Of a stretch of DNA of 27,731 nucleotides, positions 15,063 through 26,900 are shown in pieces. The DNA lies in the IMG/VR virus record IMGVR_UViG_3300020439_000054, positions 1-27,731 of that record; one strand, 5' to 3'. Source of the stretch: a virus. Its lineage: Duplodnaviria > Caudoviricetes. A program made the position numbers and the translations under genes. Below the pieces are notes generated by a model. It saw only the letters and a program-made list of their open reading frames with translations. It made no database searches and was not told the DNA's origin. The stretch's first letter is position 1. Every line of letters starts with the position of its first letter.

Positions 15063-16837
15063 TCGAAGTAGTACAAGGTGAGATTAGAAATAGAAATAAT
15101 CTTATGTCTATTGATGATTACCTTGAACTAGAAAGTAAAAATGCTTTTGGTAAAGAGATGTATAGATCTTATTACATGTTTGATAAAACGTATAAAGATC
15201 ATGTAATTCTAAACAAAAGTGTAAAGGGATACAATGGTTTAGTGTATCCAGATAGATTAATAATAGATGTTGATAAAGGAGAAGTTGATGGAGAAAGTTT
15301 ACAAAACTATCTCAGACATGTTTGTAATGAGTTGTTTGATTTTGGTGTTAATAGCAACCACGTTAATATCTGGTTTAGTGGTAGTGGTTATCACCTTGAC
15401 CTACTTAACGTATTTGGCTTTCAACCAAATAAAAACTTACATGTCAAAGTTAAAGCTACTCTAAGTGAACACTTTAGTTTTGGTGACAACATATATGATA
15501 AGACTAGAATTATAAGATCAAACTGGTCTTTGAATACTAAAACTAACTTATATAAAGTTTGGATTCCATTAGAAGATATTTGGACAATGGGATACGACGA
15601 TGTATGTAAGATAGCTAAATCTAAGAAAGCATACAATATGTATGTAAAAACTAAACCTAACTTTTATGCTACATTAAATAGTTATGACGTAGTTATAGAA
15701 CCATATTTACAAAGTTCTATTATAGCAAGTCCTAATAGTAATGCAAGCATAACACCTGTTCGTACTGGTGATACTAATTCAGTGGTCACTTGTGTACAAC
15801 ATATCTTTAATGAAGGACCTTCGCAAGGTTCACGTAATAAAAACATGATGCGTATGATAAGTTCTTGGAAAAGAGCTGGAATACCATTCATAGTTACATT
15901 AAATGGTATGATGAAATGGTCACAAGGTGAACTAGAATCACATGAAATAGAACGTACAGTAATGAATGTATACGACAATCAATACATATATGGTTGTGAT
16001 GATGCGATACTTATGGAGTATTGTGATCCAAAATGTATACACTTCAAACGTAAAGACTATGTATTAGATATTCGTGATGTTGATTCATTAGAAGATACAT
16101 TCAAGGAGTATATACAAAAAGACTTTACTAAACGCAGTATAAACATTAAAGATGTATTTCCTGGTGGACCAGACTATATGTTTAAACCAGGTGAATTAGT
16201 TGTCTTTAGTGGTGATACTGGTATGGGTAAGACAGCCTTTGTTCAAAACTTAGTAACAAAAGCAAAGAAAGACACTTTGTTTCTATCGTTAGAAATGAAT
16301 GAAATACTAATATGGAGAAGATTTGTACAAATTGCATTTAACAAGACAAGTGATTGGGTAATGGAACAGTACAAAATAAATCCAGAATTTTCAGTAAAAG
16401 ACTTATTAAGTCATCTGAATATTATGGTGATAGCTCCAGAAATTGAAGCTGTTAAGAAAGTTGTAGCACAATATGAACCTAATATATTAGTAGTTGATAC
16501 TACTGATGAAATGCAAGTAGATAGATTCGATGGTGAAATACAAAAACAAAACGTTGTTATAGATGCACTCAAACAGATTGCACAACGTAACAATACTTTG
16601 ATATTTGCAATACATCATTTGAATAAAGCTAGTGCATCACAAGGTACAGTTGGATTACACTCTCTTAAAGGTTCTTCAAATGTAGTTCAGAAAGCTGATA
16701 AAGTTATTGTTTTAAAAGGTAATCGTAACGAAATTTATAGGACTATTATTTCAGAGAAATCTAGAGATGATGGTAAACTAGAATTTGTTACAGAGTTTGA
16801 ACCTGAAACAATGACATTTAAACGAATAGAAATTTAA
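15047..16837 (+). CDS. Primase-helicase: AEP primase/polymerase + PriCT-like + DnaB/RecA-type helicase
   Basis: IIDVD, FSGSGYH and IYD AEP motifs; GSRN; Walker A GDTGMGKT; Walker B LVVD; HHLN, KGSS, ADKVIVL, KSRD. Confidence 0.85.
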   Translation: MENRIIEVVQGEIRNRNNLMSIDDYLELESKNAFGKEMYRSYYMFDKTYKDHVILNKSVKGYNGLVYPDRLIIDVDKGEVDGESLQNYLRHVCNELFDFGVNSNHVNIWFSGSGYHLDLLNVFGFQPNKNLHVKVKATLSEHFSFGDNIYDKTRIIRSNWSLNTKTNLYKVWIPLEDIWTMGYDDVCKIAKSKKAYNMYVKTKPNFYATLNSYDVVIEPYLQSSIIASPNSNASITPVRTGDTNSVVTCVQHIFNEGPSQGSRNKNMMRMISSWKRAGIPFIVTLNGMMKWSQGELESHEIERTVMNVYDNQYIYGCDDAILMEYCDPKCIHFKRKDYVLDIRDVDSLEDTFKEYIQKDFTKRSINIKDVFPGGPDYMFKPGELVVFSGDTGMGKTAFVQNLVTKAKKDTLFLSLEMNEILIWRRFVQIAFNKTSDWVMEQYKINPEFSVKDLLSHLNIMVIAPEIEAVKKVVAQYEPNILVVDTTDEMQVDRFDGEIQKQNVVIDALKQIAQRNNTLIFAIHHLNKASASQGTVGLHSLKGSSNVVQKADKVIVLKGNRNEIYRTIISEKSRDDGKLEFVTEFEPETMTFKRIEI

Positions 16838-16847
16838 GGAGAATAAG

Positions 16848-17051
16848 ATGATTAGAATCATTAGATCAAAATCCGATACTGGTAATCGCACTACAAAGAT
16901 AAGATTCTTTAGTGTATTTGATATTGGTTTTTACACAACTGACAACCTAGGCAAACACAAAGGTATACTATTTGGTATAGGTAATAAACAATTACATATA
17001 ACTTATAGAAGCTGGAACACTGGAATAGAAGGTGTTATAAGTGACGCATAG
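16848..17051 (+). CDS. Hypothetical protein (67 aa)
   Basis: AAGGAG RBS. Confidence 0.7.
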   Translation: MIRIIRSKSDTGNRTTKIRFFSVFDIGFYTTDNLGKHKGILFGIGNKQLHITYRSWNTGIEGVISDA

Positions 17052-17367
17052 GAATAAAGTACGTGGCAACAATCTTGAAAGAGAAGTTGTCAATGCAGCT
17101 AAAGATGCTGGGCTCTCTGCAAAGAGGGCCTATGCCTCTGATGGTAGATCATTAGGCAAATCAGAAGTTGTTGATGTAATAGTAGAAGATTATTGTGTTC
17201 AAGCTAAACGAAGAAAACGTATAGCAGAATGGCTTTATCCAGATAATCATGGCGATGATGTTGATGTTGTTGTTACACGTATGGATAGAAAAGAAGCGTT
17301 AGTTGTAATACCACTAACTGAATGGTTAAGATTAATTAAAATAGAAAGGGACAATCATGATGATTGA
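17041..17367 (+). CDS. Holliday junction resolvase-like PD-(D/E)xK nuclease
   Basis: RGNNLEREV, VDV and VQAKR motifs; GTG start with AAGGTG RBS. Confidence 0.8.
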   Translation: MTHRNKVRGNNLEREVVNAAKDAGLSAKRAYASDGRSLGKSEVVDVIVEDYCVQAKRRKRIAEWLYPDNHGDDVDVVVTRMDRKEALVVIPLTEWLRLIKIERDNHDD

Positions 17368-17530
17368 AATGAATAAAGATGAAGCTACTATAATAATTAA
17401 GTTAGCTCAAAAAATTATAACAGCTCTTGAAGATGAGCTTAAACAAAAACATAACAAACAAATCAGAGAATCAGAAGATAAAGAAGATACTACTGAAGGT
17501 TATGTAAATCAAAGTGGGAGTTACGAATGA
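17357..17530 (+). CDS. Hypothetical protein (57 aa)
   Basis: Translated by hand (MMIEMNKDEA...); AAGGGA RBS. Confidence 0.6.
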   Translation: MMIEMNKDEATIIIKLAQKIITALEDELKQKHNKQIRESEDKEDTTEGYVNQSGSYE

Positions 17531-17679
17531 GTGAAAAAGAAATGACATTGGTATTCTATAATCCAGCTGAAGTACTGTTAATGAAAGCAGCTTTAGTTAA
17601 TTATAAGAAAGCACCATTTGTATCTAAACAAGAGATGATCATATTAGAAGAATTACTTGATCGTGTTAACGATCTGTAA
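17527..17679 (+). CDS. Hypothetical protein (50 aa)
   Basis: Translated by hand (MSEKEMTLVF...); GGGAG RBS; ATGA overlap. Confidence 0.6.
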   Translation: MSEKEMTLVFYNPAEVLLMKAALVNYKKAPFVSKQEMIILEELLDRVNDL

Positions 17680-17697
17680 TACACATATACTCCTATA

Positions 17698-17859
17698 GAT
17701 AATGAGGTGGTTTTGGTTATATTTCCACCTCGTTATCACAGATTTGGCCTGTAAAATACGGCTTAAAAGGAGTCGGGCAGGTATTGAACCCTGTATTACT
17801 CTTGTAAGCAAATACAAATTGGTTGGCAAACTATATTAGTATATTAACAGCAGGCCAAA
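17698..17859. other. Structured intergenic region between convergent modules
   Basis: 13-bp stem 17698-17710/17725-17737; 10-bp stem 17743-17752/17850-17859 enclosing smaller hairpins. Confidence 0.55.
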
Positions 17860-17906
17860 AACTTTAGGTTAAAGTAAAAATAATAGCCACCGAAAAAAAA
17901 GAAAAC

Positions 17907-20900
17907 TTAATCTTCATCGAAGATAGAGAAGTCTGGATCTATTGGTTCATCTCTACTAGCTTTTTCTTTTTGCTCTTGTCTCATTTCGTGAACAGCATGT
18001 AATGGTAATCCAGTCATAAAGTCTACAGCCATAGCTGGACTATTGTATGTTCTTAAACCATCTCTTACAAGTCTACCAAATGGAAAATAACTATACAAAG
18101 TATAATCTTTGAACTGATCAAAGTCTTGATTTAGTATAGCAGTTATAGGTTGCATTACAAATCTACCAATAGGTGGTGTTACAACTTGCAATGGTGCTAA
18201 CACTGGATGTGGATAAGAACTAAAGAATGCTCTATCTCTTGCTTTCTTATCACCAAATAATAATGCAGCAGTATCTTGTAACCAATTCATAGGAGGAGAT
18301 AAAGCATATTCAAATATAGTAGATACAAATATATTAGCAAGAGCTAATGACATTAAATCAAAAGTAAATTGTCGTTGAGCTTTCTTACTTGCTAGTACTT
18401 CTGTGTTCCATTCTGCTTGTCTAGCTTCTTTAAACAATCTCATACGTCTACCAATACTATTCCATGCATATGGCTGGAATCTAGTCAATACACGACCTAA
18501 TGATGTATTAGCAAAGTTAGGTCTAAATGTAGCTTGATACATAAACTGAGACGCTTCAACACCTTTCAATGCATAGTTAATAAGTACTGGACTATCAAAA
18601 GGTATCTGATCTTTTATAGGTTCTAATACACTATCTCTCATGTTAATGTAGTTAGCTAAGAATGCAGTACCACGTAGTTTACGTTCTGACCATTTCATAG
18701 GTAAAGCACCAAACTCTACAATAGGTACTTCTACTTTTAAATCTCTAGCTACTTCTCTTAATGTTTTACGTTGCAACTGCTCATAGGTAGCTTTTGTTTG
18801 TACATCATTCTCTCTGGTACTCTTGTTAACACGTTTAATAAATTCTTGCCAAAACTTTCTCACACCTTTTTTACCAAAGTTTCTATCTAATGCTACCATG
18901 TCTAAGAACATTTGATCATATACACCTAATGATTCTAACCATGTATCTATATCAGCTCTAGATTCAAAACCTCTTTCTTGTTTCTTACCTGTAGATTCAT
19001 TAAAGAACTCAAACTTAGCATTCATACCTTGCATCATACTTAGTAAGTAGTTAGTACTATTTGCTTTTCTAAATGCACTCCAACCTGTATCAGCAATAGT
19101 ATTTACAGTACCACCATACATATTTGTAATAGCAGTTTTAGGGTGTGATAGTAGTGATAACAACTCAAACCTTCCTTCCAAGTCACTGATACCTCTTATA
19201 CGATTCAATACAGCATTTCTTCTTTCTGCTTCACCAATGACTTTACCTTTTACATTTTTAACTTCAGGTAAACTACCAAATAATCTACCACCAAACAACT
19301 TGTTTATACCATCAAATAGTTTTACAGCAGACTCATCACTAGTTAAATGATACAATGAATTATATTTACCAGTTACATTTACTTCTTGTGAAAGTTTTTT
19401 AGCTCTGGTCATACGTAAATTGTTTACTTCTTTAGTAGCCTGCTTAACATCGTTCTGATTTTTAAATAGTATGTTTTGTTTTTCTGCACCACTAACTCTA
19501 ATAGCAATATCAAAATCTAACAACTTATCTTTCTCTGCTACACTAAGTCTTAAGCCCTCACGTGATAAGTTATTATCAATATATCTTTTGTAAAGCCCTT
19601 GGTCTTTCTTCTCAATACCATGTATATTCAATGCTCTATAGTTAGACATACCTAACATATTTGTAAAAGCATCTCTCATATATCTAGACCAGTTCTCAAC
19701 AAACCCTTCTTTACCATTAACCTTATCAAATCTTCTTAACAATAACTCAGCTCTAAACCCAGCTAAATTAGTAAGATGTGCTTTTATTAGTTGTTGTTTA
19801 TAACGTTTCATCACATCAATATTTTTACTATAGTAAGGTAAGAACTCTTGTCCTCTGTTTCTTAACATAGAAGCAGTATAGTCTCCAACATATCCTTTGT
19901 AATTACTTCTAGTAAATAGATCTCTTACTTGTGCTTCTGATTCATAACCACCATTACTAGCACTATTATCCATCTCTCTTCTAAATCTAGCCATTAAAGT
20001 GTCTTTAAATATATTAATAGCTTCAGACTTAGATAGTTCATTATATTCAACAGCCATACGTAAGTCTAATGGTAGTTGTTGGAAACCACCTGGTTGTTTA
20101 ACTTCTTCAATTCTTTGTTTGATTTGTTTCTCTGCAAATGCTTGTATCTTTGGTATGTTAGCAGCTATATCAAAATGTCCCATACGTGGCATATAACCTC
20201 TATATACGTCTCCTACAATATGTTCTCTATAAGAAGCTTTGTCCATTTCTTTTTTAATAAACTTAGTTACAATACCTCTTTCTTTAATATTCAAAGGTTT
20301 ATCTAGGTTGATTTCTGGATAAGAAAATTCTAATCTATCTCTTATTTGCATATGATACTTAATAAAAAAATAGTCATTAATACTAAAGAACTCACCAAAT
20401 ATTGTACGATCTGGTGCTGCTTGTAAGTCAAACTTCTTAAACATTAAGTTAACTAACTCTGGTCTTATTAATCCATGAACATCTAAGAACATACTTTCCA
20501 TTTTATTCAATGCAATGTTTTTATTTAACAATGCTGTTTGTTGTTCACTCATTGTCATATTTTCTATTTGATCTTTAGTGTATCCTTCAAAAGCAGTTAA
20601 TGGTTGTTTAGATTTATACAAATTCATTTTTACTTTTTGTTGCTTGAAAAACTTTTCAATACTTTCCCAATTACTTTTTATGTAAGAGTTGTTTATAGAT
20701 TTTAAGTCTTGTGCAAATCTCTGTGCTAATCTTTCACTATAAGTTTGTGCATCTATCATCTCAGACTTACCACCATCTTTTGCTGGCCACGGAAATTTTA
20801 AACCAGTAAGCTTAGCTACAGTATCTGTAGAATCTATAAATGCTTCTTTGATTCTTTGTTTTGCAGTTGGACTTGTTTCATTGGAAGGATACTTACCTTG

Positions 20901-23900
20901 TTGATATTCGTTTATATTCCAAGCATGTTCTATTAACAAGTCTCTATGTTTTATAAGATTAGCATTATCTATATTTAAGAAGTTGTAAAAACCATTATGT
21001 TGTGCTTCAATACCAGATGCCATTAGTTTTTGCAAAGTATCAAATTTATCTATAGTTTTTCTACCTAACTCTAATGTACTAGTAGGTAATATAATATTCA
21101 TTGTTTTAGGTTTTTGTTGTCCAAACTTATCAATAACTGGTACTGCAGCTTTAATATATTCTATCTCTTCAAATGTTTCTAACTTCTTACCTATAACTTT
21201 ATAGTTTAACATCTGTTCTAACCAACCTGGTTTTTTAATTAATTTACCAGTAGTTTTATCTACAATACTTTTAGCACTAAATCTTTCTTCTAATGCATTA
21301 TTCAACATTCTTAAGTCTGATGTATTTAAAGTATCTAATCTTCTACCTACACCTTCTAATTTAAATGTAAGACCAATCCAAAACTCTTCAAATCTAGCTA
21401 TAGTACTAGGAGTCTTTCTCATTATGTCTCTTAGTCTATCTATTTCAACTTGTGCTTCATCAGTAAGTAGTTCATTTGGTTTTGCTTTTTTCTTTAACCA
21501 ATCAAACTGTGGTAATATTTCATCTAACATTTCATTAGTTTTCTTTAACTGGTCTACAGTTTCTGGAGTATCTTTAATAGGTTTTTTTACTGTTCCTTTT
21601 TCTATTGGAACTTTATAAAGAGTACCGTCATCATCTGCTTCAAACTCATAGTCCATTACTTCTTCTTCAACTCTTTTTTCTTTCTTTTTAAGTTTATTAT
21701 CTCTTACTTCTGTAAGATTGTTTTTTACTCCTGTGTCATAATCAAAGCTAGGCTCTACATCAAAAGGTATTTCTTCTTCAAGATATTTCTTTAAACTTAT
21801 AGACTCTTCAGGTAGTTTTAATTGTTCTGTAATGTTTTCTGTTATTTCTTTTAAATATTTAGATTGAGATTTAAAAAATTCTTCTCTATTACTATTTTTA
21901 ATAGCTAAAGATCTGTAAGCATAATCTAATGTTGGCCTTAATTTTTTAAACGATCTACCTTTTTCTTTTAAATAATCATGTATACCAGAACTTTCTAAAT
22001 CATTTAATAAATTATTCTCAGTTAAACGTTGTATTTCTTTTCTAATCTTATTATCTACTTCAACAAAATCTTTTTCTTGGTGCTTTAGTATGTCTGTTTG
22101 TGCACTTCTAAAATCACGTGTCAACAACCAATAGTCAATTAAAGTTTCAATCTCATTAACTAAATCATCTCTATTCTTGTATTGATTTCTATACTTATCT
22201 TTTAATCTAACTATAATACCATTAATTTCTTTAGGAGTAATCTTAATTTCTTTCTCCATATTACCTATACCATATAACTGTGTTTCAGTATAAAAGAATG
22301 ATTTTATTCTATAGGTAGTATCTACAATATCTGCTACAATTTTTTCTGCTGTTTCTGTTCCTACTCCAGTATTAGCAGCTTCTCTAATAAAATCTCTACT
22401 TCTTTGCAAGCTTGAAAAAATACCTTGGTAATCCATTAACTTATCATGCATAAGATATGGACTAGTATTCATAATTTCTTTTAAGTTAATCTCTGTTTCT
22501 ATATGTGTATTCCAAAAATCTTTTAATCCAAAACGTTTAAATAGTTTATCACCTTTAACTAATTCTCTTAACTTTTGTACATACAATCTAGCAACATCTA
22601 ATTCACTTCTACCGCTTTCTGCTTGATTTTTTAATGCTGCTTCATTGTAATAAAACTTATACGGATTAATAAAGAAGTCAGGTGTTCTCATAACAGCTTC
22701 TGCTATATTAGAATAAAAAGGTATATCAGTGCCCATTTCATTCATGTATTCTTGTGCAACTCTACTATATTCATTGATCTTTAATACACTATTACCACTT
22801 ACTTTATACATATCTTTATGTACTTTTTCTGTAAGATATAAACCATATGCATTTTCTGTTGTAGCAAAATAATTATTACCTTTAAGAGAAGGAGTGTATA
22901 TAGTTGTACCATTTACCTCCATAACATCTCCAGTAACCTTAAAATAAGTTTCCCATACCTTGTTAATAATCTTATTATAAAATTCTACCTTTGAAAAATT
23001 AGCAGAGTCAGCCATAAGATTAACAATATTAACACTATCTAATTGTAATTGTTTAGCAATCTGTTCTAATGTAACTTTACCAGCCTTACCAGGTAATGTA
23101 TCATTCAATCTAATTTGTATTTTACCATCTGATGGTTTTTCATTATATACATAACTTGTTTCAAATACACCATTACGTTTTACAATTACATCAGCTAAGT
23201 TCTGCATACGTGTCATGGCATCTACTATAATACCCATTTGTTGCTTACCACGTCTAGCCATTCTTGCTACTTCTATTCTAGAATTTACATCTACTAAGTC
23301 TGCAAAATTACCAGCAGGTCCTTTATCTTGAGCTTCAGATATTAAATCTTTAAATATTTGAGTAGGTTTTTCAAAGTTATATAATACACCATCTTGTAAA
23401 AATTCATTATCATATTTCTTAAATGCTTCTCTTATGTTCTTCGACATACCAGAATATACTGAAACAGAGTCAGCATCTTTATCTGCACCACCTAAATAAT
23501 AATCATTCTTAGATGTTGTATATATACCAAAACCTTTTCTATCTACAAACCCTGCAAAGTCTAACACTCTTACTCCACCATTACTACTATTAGGAGAACG
23601 TACTAACATAAATTGCATAGCAGCTGCTAATGCTTCTTTATCTGCTTTATCATACTTAGTTTGAGTAGGTGATAATGATTCTTTATATTTACCAAATGCA
23701 GACTCCAATGATTGTACACCACCTAAATTATCAGGTAATGCTATCTCATATTCTTTTGCAAAATTTCTACCCATCATAAATGTATTATCATTTAACTCTG
23801 GATGTCTAGCAAATGTCTCACTATCTCTTGGTCCTAACTTACCTGTAGTAGAATGCTTTATTTGAGGAGATACAATTCTAGATGTTCTATATCTAGCCAA

Positions 23901-26900
23901 TGATTTATCTACAAACTTTTTAATATTTGGTTGTAATAATATACCAGGGTCATAATCTAATCTTGTTAATATATCGGGTATTTCATAAACTTCTAACCCC
24001 ATTAATCTTTGTGCTACTTCATCTGTACTCTCTGTTACTAACTCTCTATAATCTTCACGACCTCTATTTAATATCTTATCTATTACTTTACGTGACAAAG
24101 GACTAGTAATATCTCTAGATAAAACATTATTTAAACTCTCAATACTAATATCATTTACATTAAAATCATATGTTTCAGGTAGTTTATATTGTCTATCTTG
24201 TAATGATTGTTGTGCTATCTGATCAAACTCTGCTGTTCTATTTGGATCACCATTGTAAGAATCTTCTACTAACTTATTATAATCATCTTTAACACCTTTA
24301 GCTAAGTCTGGTCCTAGTTGTTGTTCATTTATTTTATCTAATATTTGTTTTTGAAATGGTGCTGGTTTATTGCCTTTAAAGTTTTCATATACACCCATAT
24401 TTAAATACAATTCATCAGGTCTCATTTTAAATGGTTGTAATGTACTATCTACTAACGTCCAAGAATCTGTAGCTTTTACAAACTCTATAGTATGTTCTCT
24501 TAATCCTAAACTTGTTTTAGCTGCAGTTTTAGGTACAATAAAATCTATACCATTTTCAAACATAAATTTTTGTTGTGCTTCTGTAGCTCTAAATGTACCA
24601 GTTTTTAATAATATATTACCAATAGGATTCTCTCCATACTCAGGTCCCTTATATCCTACTAACTTTAAAAAACCATTATTAGAAGGTCTAAAGTTTCTAG
24701 TTTGTATAGCATCAAATACTTCATGTCTAGCTATAACTGCAGCATCAGTACCAGATTCAGAGTTATTAAACATAGGGTCCTGAAAATCTTTTACCATTAT
24801 CATATTAAACTTACCAGCTTCTCTATTATTAGCAGGATTGTTTTTAGCTTCTGTAGATGTAGTATTTACATATTCAGCAGCTTCCAATGGTATATCAGCA
24901 CCTTGTGATAGGTTTGCATATTTGTTAAATTTTTGTACATTAGCATATAAAGGATTGTTTATATATTTTTTAGTAGCAGCAACCATAAGGTCAATACTAA
25001 ATCCATTTCTAGGGTCATACAATCCAGACTCAATTAATGTATAAAATATATTAGATAAAGTTGCATCATCTTTTACTTTAAACTTTAATCCTTCTACTTC
25101 ATTTTCTAATCTTCTAAAAAACTCTAAACGATTATTATCTCTTATTGCTTTAGTAAATGCATATCTATGTACAACAAGATTACCATTATCTTTTGTACCA
25201 CCATATATGTACATACCTTTTTCATCTAAAGATTTAATTAATCTATTTTGAACTTCTTTTGTAAATTGTTCTTTAATATTAAATGCATTGTCATGTACTT
25301 GTTTTCTACTAGCATTTTTAAAATCTAAGGGCCCACCATTTGTTCTATCATAAACAGGTATTTCTACAATCTCATCATTTCTACCCATTCTTTCTTTTGT
25401 AAATTTTTCAAAGTATGATTTTCTTATAAGCAATCTTGCTTCTACTGGATCACCTGCAAAAGTTTTATTCCATTTACTTTGAGGTCTATCTCCACCTAAT
25501 ACTTCACCCTTAAAATCTCTTTCTGGTATCTTACGTATCTCAACAACATCACCAGTTAAATCTATTTCATAGTCTACTCTTCTTGTAAAATTCTTTTTTA
25601 GTTTTAAATAACTACCAAGTCTTTGGTTATTAACACCTACATCAGTAAAGAATGTATTAGGTAATCCTAACTTTTCATATTCTTTTAATATTGCAGCTTT
25701 AGTAGGATTTAATTCATAGTTATTATCTTTTGCTAACTTGGCTATGGTAACATTAATTTCATCTAAATTTCTACCAATCTTAAATCCTCTAATATCATTA
25801 GCTATTAATTCTAAGTCTCTATTTTTTATAGCAACCTTAGGTTCATTCAAGTCTGCATTAGCTGATATCTCTAACATTTCATTGTATGCTATATCTATTT
25901 TGTTTTGTAATACTTGATTCTTTATAGTATCAGTAGCATCAGGTTTTACATTTTCATATTCAGCTGGTCTTTCTTGTACTCTAATATCTATATCAGTAGG
26001 ACCTTGTAAGTCTTGTACTGCTCTATCTTGCTTAACTTGTTTAAATACTTGTTCAAACTGTGGTTGTGTAAGTTGATTAATATCAAAACCTAATTTTTCT
26101 ACAGCTTTTGCTATCTCAGGTATTTTCTGTAAGTCTCCCATAAGTGGAGCATGCATATTAAATTTTTGTGCAACTACTTTAGCTATATAAGTTTCTACAT
26201 ATGCTTGGTCGTTCTTGCTTAATGCTTGGAACTCAGGATCTTTTCTTGCTACATCTATAGCTTCTTGTTCTGTCATACCTAGTCTATAATTCTTATAATC
26301 ATTCTTCATTATAAACTTAGTTCTTGCAGCAAACCCAGCTGACTTAGTAGTAGCACCAAAGAATGCACCTAACATATATTCATATACTTGTTCTGCTACT
26401 GGTAATCCTTGTGCAGTAGCCATACCACCCTGAGCAATAGAACCTAATGTACCACGTACAATCATGTTCAATCCTTCAGTCTTAGCTGCATCTTTAGATA
26501 CTTCAGTTGCTACCTGACGTATAGTATCTTGACCTAACTTTCTAGTCTTAGGATTTTCTAATAATCTACCTACATTAACATAGTTACCTATTGTACCAAA
26601 CAAAGCACCAGCAGCAGCACCATGCATAGCAGAATCTATCATACCCTTAGGGCCATCTTTCCATGCTGATACACCTAATGCTACACCAAGATGTATACCT
26701 TGTTCTCCTATGTTTCTTAATTTAGGACTAGCAAATATACCCTTAGATAAATAACCACCTGCTGTTACCCCTGCACCACCTAAGAAATTTTTAGATTGTT
26801 CTACTACATAATCAGCTACCTTCATTGGTACTGATTGTAATGTAAATGTTTTTGGTCCAACTTTTTTACGTAAGAATCCTGGAGCTTTACTACCTGCTGC

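Noticed and set aside
17768-17793. tRNA or tmRNA (minus strand CAGGGTTCAATACCTG looks like a T-arm)
   Set aside because: No matching acceptor stem, D-arm or CCA end could be built
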